Below are positions 37,501-51,319 of a stretch of 64,000 nt of DNA, piece by piece. The notes below the pieces were generated by a model. The model did not search any database and was not told the origin of the DNA. It worked only from the letters and a program-made list of their open reading frames with translations. Positions within the stretch are counted from its first letter, which is position 1, and each line of letters opens with the position of its first letter. The stretch comes from Torpedo marmorata (lineage: Eukaryota): NCBI GenBank assembly GCA_977017645.1, contig OZ360224.1, positions 98,146,001-98,210,000 on the forward strand, in the 5' to 3' direction. Position numbers and translations under genes: made by a program.

Positions 37501-40500
37501 TGTAAAGGTGGACATGCTTTGGAAATGTGTTTACGGTTGGAAAAGGAACATAATGAGAAGATCGCTTTCTTAAAGGAAAATGGAGTATGTATTAGCTGTC
37601 TGTGTAAAGGGCACATCAGTAAAAACTGCAAGAAGCGACTTAACTGTAACATATGCAATTTGAAACATCCTAGAATGTTGCATATCCATGAAAGAAACAA
37701 GGAATTGGAAAAGGAGCAAACAGAAACAAAGGAAACATCAGAAAACAATGTTATATCCTCGGTTCAGACAAGTGGTCTTACCAGGGCCGGTATAGATAAC
37801 TGCAAACTTTCAATAGTGCCTGTACAAGACCAAGAAATGGGATGCAACAGTACAAACATATGCATTTCTCGACCCAGGCAGCACTGCATCTTTTTGCACG
37901 GAAGGACGAATGAACAAACTTAGTATTCAAGGAAGGTCAAGAATTATGTTGAAAACCATGGGACAAGAAAAGGTCATTGAAACCAGCATTGTTTCAAGCT
38001 TAGAGGTTGCGGGATTGCATGGCAAAAAATCTTGTGATCTTCCAATGTTATACACTCAGAAGACTATGCCTGTGCATGAAGGAAACAACCCTCATCAAAA
38101 TGGTATTAAACGGTGGTCTTATCTGAAAAATGTTTGTCTACCTGTCATTAATTTTGAGATAGAAATGCTGATTGGTTCAGATGTACCAAAGGTTTTGGAA
38201 CCACTAGATGTAATACGGAGTGTGGGAGATGGACCTTACGCTGTTAAAACCATGCTTGGTTGGACAATCAATGGACCATTAGGAGGAAAAGGTGATAGTG
38301 CTCAGGAACAGTTAGCGATAAATGTTAACAGGATTTCGGTTATGAAACCTGATGAGCTGTGGGAACAGCAGTTCAAAGGTGACTTTCCTGAGTGCCTCAG
38401 TGATGACCAAGAACATTCAAGAGAAGATAGGCAGTTCTTGAATTTAGTCTTAGAATCTGCCAAGATAGTTGATGGACATTATTGTATTGGATTACCTTTA
38501 AAGATAAGAGAATTATACATGCCTGACAAAAGAAGTGTTGCTGAACAACGTACACTGAACTTAAGAAAAAGATTCAGGAGAGATTCTTCTTTTCATTCAG
38601 ATAATACCAATTTCATGTCTTGACATGATATCCAAAGGTTATGCAGAGAAAATAACAGATGATGTCTTGGGACGTAGTGATGGTAAAAAATGGTATATAC
38701 CACATCATGGGGTTTTACATCCACAGAATAAAAAACTTTGTGTTGTGTTTGACTGTGGAGCGACCTTTAGAGGAGTGTCACTAAATTCTCAGTTGTTACA
38801 AGGGCCAGACCCGACTAGTACATTGATAAGAGTCTTGGTTAGATTCCGTAAATAACCTTTTGTTATCACTGCTGACATTGAAGCAATGTTTCATCAAGTG
38901 AAGGTACCAAATGAAGACCGTGACTTATTACGGTTCCTCTGGTGGCCTAATGGAGACTACAGTCAGAATATGGTGAAATATAGAATGACAGTGCATTTAT
39001 TTGGAGCAACATCATCTCCAAGTTGTGCAAACTTTGCCCTTAGGAAGTGTGCTGAGGACAATGTGAAAGAGTTTAGCTCTCAAGCTGTAAGCACCATCCT
39101 GAACAATTTTTGTGGATGACTGTCTTACTTCTACAACTTCAGAAGAGGATGCATTATCTCTTTATTATGAGTTACGAAAGATCTGTTTAAAGGGTGGCTT
39201 TCTACTTACCAAATGGATAAGTAACAGTCATCGTGTGATGGCTGTCATACCTGAAGCAGATAGGGCAAAGGAAATGAAGAATCTGGATTTGGACCATGAC
39301 AATCTTCCTGTGGAGAGGGTGTTGGGTGTACAATGGTGTGTTCAGTCTGACGTTTTTAAATTCAAAATCATTTTGAAGGACAGACCTCTCACAAGAAGAG
39401 GGATTCTTTCAATGGTCAGTTCAATTTATGATCCCTTAGGAATATTGGCACCAGTAGTCCTAACTGCCAAGAAGATCCTGCAAGATTTGTGTAGAAAAAA
39501 GATAGGTTGGGATGATAAGATACCAGACTCCATTGTACAGAAATGGATGTGTTGGAATAGGGATCTTCATTTGTTGGAAGACTTCAAGGTTGACAGATGT
39601 TTCAAACCCATCAACTTTGGAAAGGTGACATTTGCTCAACTTCATCATTTTGCTGATGCATGTGAGGATGGTTATGGAACTTAGTTATCTGTTACTGCAT
39701 AGTAATAATGTTCAGATACATTGTGGATTTGTAATGGGAAAGGCCAGAGTGGCTCCATTAAAACCAGTTACTATACCTCGAATGGAGTTGACGGCTGCTG
39801 CCATGGTGAGTAGAATGGACACAGTGCTGAGAAAAGAGCTGCAGATGAATCTAGCAGACTCCATCTTTTGGACAGATAGCACATCTGTGCTTAAATACCT
39901 CAACAATAAGACAACAAGGTTTCGAACTTTTGTGGCTAACAGAATTGTTGAAATCGATAAAGTCTCATGTCCAATACAGTGGAGATATGTTAAGGCAGTT
40001 AATAATCCTGCTGATTTGGCTTCTCGAGGTTTGAAAGTCAAGTCTTTTCCAAAGAATAAAGTGTGGGTATCAGGGCCTCTGTTTCTTCTGCGGCCTCAAA
40101 ATGAGTGGCCCCAAAATCCTGATAAATTAAAGGAAATTTTATTAGATGATCCTGAAATCAAAAGAGAAGAACCCTACAATCAATCTAGAATTGGGATTAA
40201 AACTGCAAATGCAGTGCAGATAATATCTGAACAAAAGGATTGGATTACTTATTTAATCCATTGCTTTTCATTCTGGAATAGTTTGAGAAGGGCAATAGCA
40301 TGGTTGCTCAGATTTAAAAGATGGTATTTGAATCGTAACAAACGAACAAACAATGTTACTGAAACACAGGAAAGAGGACGTCTTACAGTTGAGGAATTAA
40401 TTGATGCTGAGATGGAGATAATCTGCTTTTGCCAGAAGAAAAGATTTGCAGACGAAATCTCAAGTTTAAAAAGGGGAACGAATGTTAAAAGGACAAGTCA

Positions 40501-42370
40501 TCTTCGTAAACTTAATCCCATTCTGGAGAATGGTGTATTACAGGTTGGTGGGCGACTTAGCAGAGCAGCAATGCCAGAAGAGATGAAACATCCTGTTATA
40601 CTGGCCAAGGATTTTTATATCTCTGATCTAATTCTTCGGCATATTCATGAAAAGGTGGGTCATGGTGGTCGCAACCATATGTTATCCAGACTACGACAAA
40701 AATATTGGATTCCTGGTGCCGCTGTGTTAACCTCCCTTCACATATGTTGGAGTCGATTATTTTGGGCCTTTTGAAGTGAAGCGTGGAAGGAGTATTGTGA
40801 AGCGCTATGGTGTTATTTTCACCTGTTTAGCTATAAGAGCAATTCATATTGAAGTAGCTTTGTCTCTTGACACAGACTCTTTTATCAATGCCCTTCGGCG
40901 TTTTATATCCAGACGTGGTCAAGTGAAGGAAATACGATCTGACAATGGCACTAATTTTGTGGGAGCTCAGCGCGAGTTGAAAGAGGCAATCGAAGGTTGG
41001 AATCAAGATCAAATACATTACTTCAGAAAGGAATCAATTGGAAATTCCACCCACCTACTGGTTCACACCATGGAGGTGTATGGGAAAGATTAATTAGATC
41101 GGTACGAAGGGTACTTAATTCCACCTTAAAGGTTCAAAGTCTGGACGAGGAGGGTCTTTGCACAGTTTTATGTGAAGTTGAAGCTATTCTCAATAGTCGT
41201 CCAATCACTAAGGCTTCTACAGATCCAAATGATCTTGAGGCACTTACCCCGAACCATCTTCTACTTCTTAAGACTAAGCTCTCAATGCCACCAGGGCAAT
41301 TTAAGAAGGAAGACGCATATGCTCGTCGGAGCTGGAGGCAAGTTCAGTATATGTCAGATTTGTTTTGGAAAAGATGGGTTAAAGAATATCTTCTTCAGCT
41401 GCAGGAACAGCAAAAATGGTTTAATCTCAGACGCAATTTTACACCAGGAGACATCGTGATTATTATGGACGATTCAGCTCCTCGAAACTCCTGGTTACTT
41501 GGAAAAATTATTGAGACTATTCAGGACATAAGGGGACTTGTGCGTCAAGTTCGAATCAAAACTAAAACCGGCTTCCTAAACAGACCTATTAACAAGATCT
41601 GCCTTCTTTTGGAGACAGAAGAACTTTGATAAATACAAACGGACTTTATTTTGTTGTTGTATACTACACAGGTTACAGACTTTTATTGATCCAGAGATAT
41701 GGTAAACTCTGGTCTTGCGAAGAAAGAAGATTTGTATATTGTTTGAATGTTATATGGTTATTGTTATTTGTAATTGATTGTGCAATTATTATTTAAGACA
41801 TTGCGTCTAATTATAATAATTAGGGGCTGGTGTAAGAGCCATAGGCTTGGTTACTTACCTTAATCGCAGCGTTCCGATGGTCTCAGCGGGTTTCGAAGGA
41901 GACACAGAGATTAGTAGGCCATGCTGGGCCTATTTAGTACTCTGCGCATGCGCGGGAGTGCCGACGGGCGCATGCGCAGTGGGGAAGTGGCTGGAGCATG
42001 CGCAGTGGGGAAGTGAGTGCAGTATGCGCGGTGGAGCATGCGCGTGGGAGCATGCGCGAATCGGGGGGGAAGTAGTGGTATAAGAATATGGCGACTTAGA
42101 GGAGGGTGAGTGAGATCGCCATAGCTTTCATTGACTGTTTAAAGGAACGTTTAAATGAGCGTTTGAAGAATCGTTATTAAGCATCGTTATTAAGAATTGT
42201 TTATATTTCGTTAAAGAAGATATTTAAGTAATTGAAGATTGCTACAAGTCATCGTGTGTAATTAAAGTTTTTGAACCTATTGGACTTGTTAGTAAATTAA
42301 TTGAAACGCGTCAAGACCAAGTATCTCACCTTGCCTCCAAGTGACTATTTGTTGGATTGAAGTCACTATA
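34596..42370 (+). mobile_element. BEL/Pao LTR retrotransposon, full length, inactivated
   Basis: LTRs 34596-35138 and 41831-42370; 5-bp TSD ATGAC at 34591-34595 and 42371-42375; PPT-like aattaggggctgg before the 3' LTR; Gag-PR-RT-RH-IN order. Confidence 0.95.
35593..41629 (+). pseudogene. BEL/Pao gag-pol with N-terminal SAP domain; multiple stops and frameshifts
   Basis: SAP-like N-terminus; TFDGDPLQY; triple Cys/His knuckles; FLDPGS protease; [30 protein letters not shown]; LHHFADA, TIPRMEL, FWTDS, NPADLASRG; [22 protein letters not shown]. Deletion in the IN zinc finger near 40725. Confidence 0.92.
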
Positions 42371-43112
42371 ATGACAAAAAAGGTTGGTACAGATATGATG
42401 GGTCGAAAGGCCTGCTCCTGTGTTGTATTGTTATATGGTAATGCACGCCATGATATAGCTGCATTTGGAATGGAATGTACTCACCTGATAAGTCTACATT
42501 TGTAAAGATAAAGGAAATGTTTTAATATATCCAAAGACATCTTGGAGCATTGGAACTGTTGAGTTTTAAAGAATCAAAAATAAAAGTTTTTGCAGAAAAG
42601 GTGGTGACACAAGGTAGGTAGCATTATGAGGCATTGAAGGGTACATGAATTTTATATACAGTCCAAGAACATCCTGGGACTGGGATTCTTAACAGTTTGC
42701 GAAGAGTTTTAAATCATGATAGGGGAGGGCATGAAATTCATTTTACCACTAGTGCAACAATTCAATGGATATAAGTACAAATTGGAGTCCTGCACCTCTG
42801 TTTAGAGCTAATGATCATTTTTGTTTCACCAAAAGCTTCCATCTTATCAAGGTTTAACAATTTTTTTAACTGAAAAACTGGAACTTAGAAAAGCAGTCTG
42901 ATAAAGCAGACAGTTTGGAGGTTTTGAAAGGGATAGGAGAAAATTAGAGCTCAGTGTCAATAGCATTGAATAAGAAAAAAAGGGTGAGGTGGGCAGGGGC
43001 AAATGAAGCTTGAGGGTTGAAGTTATTGCAGATCATCTGACTACAAATGGAGAGATACATGCATACACATTATTCCGAGTAAATACTAGTAAACAATTTT
43101 TCACTTACAAGT

Positions 43113-43364
43113 GGGGAGACATGGTTGGCGTAACGGTTAGCGCAATGCCTTTACAGTGCCAGCGATCGTGACCGGGGTTCGAATCCTGCGCTGTCTGTAA
43201 GGAGTTTGTACGTTTTCCCCATGTTTGTGTGGGTTTTCCCCAGGGGCTCCGGTTTCCTCCCACCGTTCGAAACGTACCGGGGGTGTAGGTCAATTGGGTG
43301 TAAATTGGGCGGCACAGACTCGTTGGTTGAAATGGCCTGTTAACGTGCTGTATGTCTAAAAAAA
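43113..43364 (+). mobile_element. tRNA-derived SINE with CR1-like tail
   Basis: A-box-like tggcgtaacgg, B-box ggttcgaatcc (43176-43186); tail aatggcctgtt..cgtgctgta shared with the CR1 3' UTR at about 24838-24860. Confidence 0.85.
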
Positions 43365-43952
43365 GTTGTCAGTATAGTTAACAGTAAAATTACTATATAA
43401 TTCGAGGATATATGTCCTGTTACTAACTGCTCTTAGTTGCCTTTGAAATTATCCATTTCCTTTTTCCTTTTTGCTGCATTGTAAGTTTGAGGAAAAATCT
43501 ACAAGGAAACATGCAGTTCAAAGGAAACACGAAAAAATGTGATAAAATATAAGCCACAGTTCCAGAAGACTCGCATGCACTTTGAAACATTTATTACTTG
43601 AAAGATATTTGACAATGTTCAAAGAACATTATATTATTGGCGACTCAACAAAGGAATTAGCTTGGCATTTGCCAAGAGTCTGAACAGAAGGAAATGCCAT
43701 TTTTCATTTTATGCTGGAAATTTTATACTCCTCCAACAATATAAATCTGAACAAAAGAGCCCGGAAAGAGCCCATAAAGTAACCTGTAGACCTGAATTTA
43801 TATACTGCATTGTAAAATGTCTCAGAAATATCACAAAATGCTTAATAAAATAAATTAATTTATGTAGTCACTGTTGTGTGGGTAAAACCATTTGACAACA
43901 CTGAAACCCATCAATTAATCCTGAATGAGATGGAAACGTTAACAAAATAGTA

Positions 43953-44174
43953 CAGGTATACCTTGCTTTACAAATACTTGCTTTACGTAAATTCGCTTTT
44001 ACAAAGAAACCTGTGTTCGCTATCCGGAAAAAAAAAAAAAAAAAAAAATTGAATGGTTTTCCACTTTTACGAAAATAGCCTTCAATAGTAGTGAATGGGT
44101 CTTCGCTTTACGCCATTTCGGCTTATGAAAGGTTTCATAGGAACGCTCTACTTTCGTAAAGCGGGGTATACCTG
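43953..44174. mobile_element. Tigger/pogo-type MITE
   Basis: TIR caggtatacc..gctttac; TA TSD at 43951-43952 and 44175-44176. Confidence 0.85.
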
Positions 44175-44184
44175 TACTTCAGAA

Positions 44185-44545
44185 CAGGGTCGGCGCCAAG
44201 GGGGGGCATTCGTGGGCATTGCCTCCTCCAAGCGAGGTGCTGTGCACCCATCGCTTGCAGCCAGACCCGCCCCCGCCAGCATCACTAGCGTCTAGCTTGA
44301 CACACGCTAGTGACTCTCCACCCGTCCCCACCGTGCGTCAAGTGTCACTAGCGCAGGCTAGTTACTCTCGACGCAATAAAAGTAGCGCTTTTGGCTGCTA
44401 CCGTCGGAGGAGGAGGTTTACGTCCATTCGGATGGTAGTCCACCAGCACCCCCCACCACTGAGTGGGTTTATGACTGTCGGAATGTGCCCCCCCCCACCG
44501 TTACCCTAATGCCCCCCTCTAACACTCGTTCTGGTGCCGACCCTG
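44185..44545. mobile_element. hAT MITE
   Basis: TIRs CAGGGTCGGCGCCA / TGGTGCCGACCCTG; 8-bp TSD CTTCAGAA at 44177-44184 and 44546-44553. Confidence 0.92.
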
Positions 44546-44682
44546 CTTCAGAACAATTGCAGAAATGAAATTATTTTCCAGCTGAATGAATGGAAAGAAA
44601 TGGATGAGACCATGATTTGAAAAATACCATCTCTGTTTTTGAATATTCCCTGAAATTAAACTGAGAGCCTAGATTCTGTTTA

Positions 44683-45355
44683 ATACACAAAAGTGCTGGA
44701 GAAACTCAGCAGGTCCTGCAGCGTCCACAGGAGGCAAAGATATATTACCAATGTTTTGGGCCTGAGCCCTTCTTCAAGGTATGTGCAAAAAAAAATATGG
44801 AGCCCATATATAAAAACTGTCGGTTTAAGGATTTGAAGATCTCCGGATATTGGATCTGACTGGCGAACCTGTGTTCCACAATAAAATTAGTTTATAGTTG
44901 TTTTGTTTAGAGTGACATTCTCCTTACTTTATCTTTTTCTTCTTTCTTTCTTTTTTTCCTGAGGGTTAGGGAGGGAGGGAGGGAGGGGGGGGTGAAAATG
45001 TATCACATGTAATTTGATAATTTTGCATTTTAAACTATGTAATGTGTGATTTAAAAATTTTAAATAAAATATTTTAAAAAAATGTAAGCAGTTGCTTGAA
45101 TAAAAAGGCGGGGGAGAAGAGAAGAAGGGGCAGGGGTAGGAGTACAGGCCAACACCCAAGAGGCCATAGGTGGACATGGATAGGAGGGCAGGAGAGAAAA
45201 GCTGAGTGGGTCGAGGGAGGGGGGGTGGCTCTGTGAATGCAGAGCTGGAGGAATGGAGACAGAGGGATAGGGAAAGAAAGAGATGGGGGTGGGGAGCTGC
45301 AGGAAAGGAGACATAGGGACAATCACAGCATCTGCAGACTTTCTTGTTTCACGCC
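44683..45355 (-). mobile_element. Penelope pseudo-LTR fragment with a short L1 3' end (about 44796-45082, + strand) inserted
   Basis: Collinear with 9050-9380 on both sides of an insert matching 627-959. Confidence 0.75.
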
Positions 45356-46689
45356 TAGAAACCATAACGTAATGAAGAACTTAGAATGCAAATTAAGCTT
45401 TGGCTGCATGCATGAACTTTCCCTACAGGTATCTTTTTCATTCCATACACATTTTAGCAAACTTATTAAGACAATGTATGGAAAATAAATAGCTTTCACA
45501 CCATCCATTCCATGCCCTAACATTAGCAACACATTTATCTAAATATGTTTCCAGCTCAAAAGAATAAGGAGCTAATAATTAAAAAATGATAAAAACAAGG
45601 GTGCCTGGAATGCATTGTCAAGGGTGGTGGTGGAGGAAGGTACAATCAGGACATTCAAAAGACTCTTGGATAGGCACATGGATGTGAGAAAAAGAGAGTT
45701 ATGGATGTGAGGTAGGGAAAAATTAAGATTGTTGTAGAGTATGTTTACTCGTACGCTAAAGGACCTGTACTATACTGTAATGTTCTAAGATTCCGTTCCA
45801 GAGAACTGTCTGTAAAACTAAATTTTCCCTGTCAGTAAAGATTAATTTTCCCAAACCCAAGATCTATGTACCGGTAGATATGACGATCTGACATATGGAC
45901 ACAGTAAAACAAACATCTTGGCAGCAGATTAGCAGCAAATTTCGTTTGAAATATAATGATAATAATTAATTGAATATCCATTTAAAAATGTGCTCTGTAA
46001 TTGTATTGCTGAGTTAAATTATAAATAACCTAATTCCAATTTTAACTGATGTTTGAACTAAGAATTTCATAAGGGGTTTTTGATTATTGTTTGATATGGT
46101 GAAGAAATATAAAATTAATTTTACTTGTGGGATGGTAATATTTCTGTTTTTCTTGTTTATGTGAGGTAACAAAAGAATGGGACGAACAGCGCCCTCAGAT
46201 TTCTATGCACATAATCACTGTTCTTTTCACTGTTGTGGGTTATAAGATAAGGGAAGAAATTACTCCATTTGGGAGATAAAAAGTGGCATTCTGAAGTTGT
46301 AGCCGCGCGCTACTCGAAAGAAGACACACACACGTAGTGTAGTCAGGTTAAGCTCTGTGTTTATTAGGGCTCAAGCCCGAATTTTATATTAACACAGTTC
46401 CCGCCGTGGCCTCCGTTTACTGATGTCACTTTATACATAACAAAAGCGGGTTTCCCGCGCGCGGGTACTTTCCTGCATAACAATACCTTCTTCCCCGCAC
46501 GTTGTCCCTGTCTGTTGGCTGTGCAGCAAGGCCAGCGCCATTTTGGGGTCGCTGCCCTTGCCGTTTACCTGCCGGTTTGCTTGCTGGGGCCAGTGCCGCT
46601 GCGCGGGCTGCTGGCCTTTAGTTGCGCTCGCCGCCCGGAGAGCCGGCTCAATCGCCGCGGTGGCGAGCCGCCACATGCCCCCCCCCCCC

Positions 46690-49600
46690 AGAACCGGTGG
46701 TATTGTCCTTGGTGCTCGGAGGCAAAGTCTCTGCAGCCTTCGGTGGCCTGCCTCTTCGGCGTAGTGCTGGTGTCTCGACTGGGCGCGCCGGGTCCAGGTG
46801 TGCCGGCTTCAGCCTGACTGTTGTGAAGACCTCCGTCTTGCCGCCGACCTCCAGCTCGAACGTGGCTCCATTGTTGCGGATGACCCGGAACGGACCCTCA
46901 TATGGCCTCTGAAGAGGTGGACGATGTGGATCTCTGCGAATGAAAACACTCACAGTCCTGTAGGTCTCTGGGTACGTTGGTCCTCGCGTGTCCGTGCCTG
47001 GAAGGTGGAATCGGGGCCAGGTTGCCGACTCTTTCCCTCAGCCTGCCGAGGAACGTTGCAGAGTCGTCCTGCTGCCCGCCTGGGGAAGGTACGAATTCTC
47101 CCGGGACCACCAGTGGAGCTCTGTAGACGAGTTTGGCCGAAGAGGTGTTGAGGTCCTCCTTGGGTGCTGTGCGGATGCCCAACAGCGCCCATGGTAGCTC
47201 ATCTACCCAGTTGGGACCTTGGAGTCTGGTCTTGAGCGCGGTCTTGAGGTGCCTGTGGAAGCGCTCCACCAATCCATTGGACTGTGGGTGGTAAGCTGTT
47301 GTGTGATGCAGCTGGGCACCCCACAGGCTGGCGAGGTCGGACCACAGACTGGAGGTGAACTGGGCCCCCTTGTCGGATGTGATGTGGGATGGTAAACCGA
47401 ACCGTGCCACCCAGGACGAGATGAGGGCCGTGGCACACGAGGTTGTAGACGTGTCTGCCAGCGGGACTGCTTCTGGCCACCTGGTGAAGCGGTCGATCAT
47501 CGTGAACAGATAACGGAAACTCTGGGTCCTACTATGTCCACGCGGATGTGGTCGAACCTTCGTTCTGCGGGCTCGAAGTGCTGAGGTGGGATCTTGGTGT
47601 GCGCCGCGTGTACCTTGGCTGTTTGGCATTGTGTGCACGCCTTTGCCCACCTGCTGACCTGTTTCCGCAAACCACGCCAAATGTATTTACTGGCCACCAG
47701 CCGGACCGTGGTCCTGACGGATGGGTGAGCCAGTCCGTGGATGGAGTCAAAAACCTGTCGTCTCCAAGCCGCCAGGACGATGGGTCTGACCTGACCGATG
47801 GCCACGTCGCACAGGAGGGTGGTGTTACCTGTGCCGACCGGGATGTCCTGGAGCTGTAGTCCTGATATGGCAGTCCTGTACTGGGGCATCTCCTTGTCTT
47901 TCTGCTGCGCCTCCGCCAGTGCTACGAAGTCCATTCCTTTCGATAGTGCATGGATACTTTGCCTGGACAGTGCGTCGGCCACCACGTTGTCCTTACCGGA
48001 GACATGCCTTACATCTGTGGTGTACTCCGAGATGTAAGACAGGTGTCGTTGCTGGCGGGCCGACCAGGGGTCCGAGATCTTAGCCAAGGCGAAAGTCAGG
48101 GGCTTGTGATCTGTGAACGCCGTGAAGGCCCTGCCCTCTAGGAAGTGTCTGAAGTGGCGGATGGCTAAGTACAGCGCCAGTAGCTCTCTGTCGAAAGCGC
48201 TGTACTTCAGTTCTGAAGGCCGCAGATGTTTACTGAAGAAAGCCAGCGGCCGCCAACTTCCTTCGATCTGCTGCTCCAGAACGCTGCCGATCGCCGGTCC
48301 TGAGGCATCCACCGTCAGGGCCGTTGGAGCGTCTGCCCTGGGATGTGCCAGGAAAGCGGCGTCCGCCAGGGCGTCCTTGGCCTTCATGAAGGCTTCCACT
48401 CAATCCTCGTCCCAGGTGATGTCCTTTGCCTTGCCTGCCATCCAGGAGAACAAGGGCCGCATAATCCGGGCAGCTGAGGGGATGAACCTGTGGTAGAAAT
48501 TGATCATCCCCATGAACTCCTGTAGTCCCTTGGTCGTGTTGGGTCTGAGGAACTTCCGGATGGCCTCCACTTTACTGGGTAGCGGTGTGGCTCCTTCCCT
48601 GGTTATTCTGTGGCCCAGGAAGTCGATGGCCTCCAATCCGAACTGGCATTTGGCTGGGTTGATCGTCAGGCCGAACTCGCTGAGTCGGGTGCAGAGGTTG
48701 CGGAGGTGCATCATATGTTCCGGTTTGTTCCTGCTTGCCACCAGGATGTCGTCCAGGTACACGAAGGTGCCATCCAGGTCTCGGCCCACCGCGTCCATGA
48801 GTCGCTGGAAGGTCTGTGCGGCGTTCTTTAGCCCGAACGGCATTTGGAGGAATTCGAAGAGGCCGAACGGGGTGATGATGGCGGTCTTGGGAATATCCTC
48901 GGGGCACACCGGAATCTGATGATATCCCCGAACGAGGTCCACCTTGGAGAAGATCTTTGCCCCGTGCAGGTTAGCTGCGAAGTCCTGGATGTGCGGCACG
49001 GGTTACCGATCCGGTGTCATGGCCTCGTTGAGCCGGCGGTAGTCGCCTCATGGTCTCCAGCCCCCAGTTGCTTTGGGTACCATATGCAGGGGAGAAGCCC
49101 ATAGGCTGTCCGACCGCCGTACGATGCCGAGCTCCTCCAGCTTCCTGAATTCCTCCTTCGCCAGCTGGAGTTTCTCCGGAGGAAGGCGTCTTGCCCTTGC
49201 GTGGAGTGGCGGGCCCTGGGTCAGGATGTGGTGCTGTACTCCATGTCGGGGCATCACTGTGGTGAATTGGGGGGTAAGCAATGCAGGGAACTCGGCCAGG
49301 ACCCTGGCGTACTCATTGTCCGACCTCTGTACGGAGTCCAGGTGGAGTGCTGGGAGCAGGGCGTCTTTGAGGGGGAAGGTTTGAAAAGTCTTGGCATGGA
49401 CCAATCTCCTTCCCTTGAGGTCCAGTATCAGGTTGTGGGCGCGCAGGAAGTCTGCCCCGAGGAGCGGCTGTTCCACTGCGGTCTGCGTGAACACCCACGA
49501 GAAGGGGCTGCCTCCCAACAGCAGTTGGGCCTTACGGGTACCGTAGGTCCGAATCGTGCTGTTGTTGGCAGCCCTCAGCATGGGGCCCGACTGCCTGTTC

Positions 49601-50405
49601 CTGGTGTCCTGTCCCGACGGGGGCAGGACGCTGACCTCTGCTCCTGTGTCCACGAGGAAGAGTCGTCCGGACTGGCGGTCCCAAACGTACAGGAGGCTGT
49701 CTTGGTGGCCAGCCGTCGTGGCTATCAGCGACGGCTGGCCCCGGCGTTTCCCTGAAACGTGCATGGCGGCCTGCACCGGTGCCTCATCTCTGGTGGCAGA
49801 AACACCACTGGTCGTCTGGATTGCCGCCTCTGGGGCGCTACTGTTCTCTCGGAAGCTCTGCCCGGGTCTGGCTGCGGGGTTTAGCACGAGGCCCACGGAC
49901 GCCGAGCACTCTCTCTTCTGTTTCACAGAATGTCCGCTCGTGCTGCAATTTTCCATGGGTCGCTGAAACCCGCGTCAGCCAGGAGCAGTTGGATGCCATC
50001 GGGCAGTTGCTCCAGGAATGCCTACTCGAACATAATACGGGGCTCGTGTTTACCCAGGAGGACCAGCATCTCGTTCATGAGGGCTAACGGGGGCCTGTCC
50101 CCTAAACCGTCCAGGTGGAGCAGACATGCGCCTCCCTCGCGCCGTGAGAGCCCGAAGGTCTCAATCAGCAAGTCCTTGAAGGCGGTATATGCGCCTTCCA
50201 ATGGGGGCTCCTGGATGAAGTTGGCCACCCATCCTGCTGTGTCCTGGTCCAGGGCGCTCACCACGTGGTAGTACCGGGTGGATTCTGCTGTGATCTGCCG
50301 GATCTGAAACTGTGCCTCAGCCTGGTCAAATCACACGCGTGGTTGATTCGTCCAGAAAGTCGGCAGCTTGAGAGCGACCACGTTGATTGCTGCCTGTTCG
50401 CTCAT
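46690..50405 (-). pseudogene. Gypsy gag-pol, disrupted
   Basis: Gag MSEQAAINVVALKLPTFW…; PR FLVDTGA; [16 protein letters not shown]; RNase H VDAS, DRELLA, TDHKPL, ADALSR; IN SDKGAQF, QSNGLVERFH; PLQRPYEGPF. Several stops and frameshifts. Confidence 0.92.
49707..49752 (-). promoter_or_regulatory. -1 programmed ribosomal frameshift signal (gag-pol)
   Basis: Slippery G_GGA_AAC (49746-49752) in the gag frame, 5-nt spacer, perfect 12-bp hairpin GGCCAGCCGTCG/CGACGGCTGGCC (49707-49740); the -1 frame is pol. Confidence 0.85.
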
Positions 50406-51319
50406 CGTTGGGTTTAGATGCTGTCTAAACCGTCAGGGTCACCAATTGTAGCCGCGCGCTACTCGAAAGAAGACACACACACGTAGTGTAGTCAGGTTAA
50501 GCTCTGTGTTTATTGGGGTTCAAGCCTGACTTTTATATTAACACAGTTCCCGCCGTGGCCTCCTTTTACTGATGTCACTTTATACATAACAAAAGCGGGT
50601 TTCCTGCGCGCGGGTACTTTCCTGCATAACAATACCTTCTTCCCCGCGCGCTGTTCCTGTCTGTTGGCTGTGCAGCAAGGCCAGCGCCATTTTGGGGTCG
50701 CTGGCCTTTGAGCTGCCCTTGCTGTTTACCTGCCAGTTCGCTTGTTGGGTCCAGTGCCGCTGCGCAGACTGCTGACCTTTAGTTGCGCTCGACGCCCGGA
50801 GAGCCGGCTCGCTCGCCGTGGGCCGCCACAAAGTGATTATTTTTCAAAAGCAGCCAAATTTATGCTCGACATGGGTGAATTTGCATAAAGTTGGATCTCC
50901 TTCAGTCAGATTTTTCATAACCCAGGGACTACCTGCATTCATTATAAGTTTCAACATTTTTGCAATATCAATGGGCCTTGGAGAGGAAGCTCTTAAATGT
51001 TGGAAGATTCACACCTTCATTGACACTAATTTAAAAAAATCTTTAATAGTCAATTAAAATTGTTATTGTATATTTTTTAGTTTCTATTACCATTTACTGT
51101 TTTATTAATATTCTTTGGATTTACAGATCAGTTAACATTTACAGGCTAACATTTAACACTCAATCAACAGGAAAACAAGTCTGGATGGTCATTTATTTTT
51201 ATAACCTGTTAGGGATGTCATAATTCTTGATGATTCCAGCTCTTTGCTATGTCACAAAACGAACAATACATCATTAGTATTTAATTTGCTGTGAAACTCT
51301 TTGGGTTATCCTTGAACCG

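Larger units (their letters stand above)
46298..50830 (-). mobile_element. Gypsy LTR retrotransposon (CsRn1-like), full length, inactivated
   Basis: LTRs 46298-46675 and 50447-50830 (TG…CA); TSD AAGT at 46294-46297 and 50831-50834; tRNA-Trp-type PBS TGGTGACCCTGACG (50431-50444); G-run PPT at about 46676-46690. Confidence 0.95.

Noticed and set aside
43113-43195. tRNA gene
   Set aside because: The A/B boxes belong to a multi-copy SINE head; no convincing cloverleaf.
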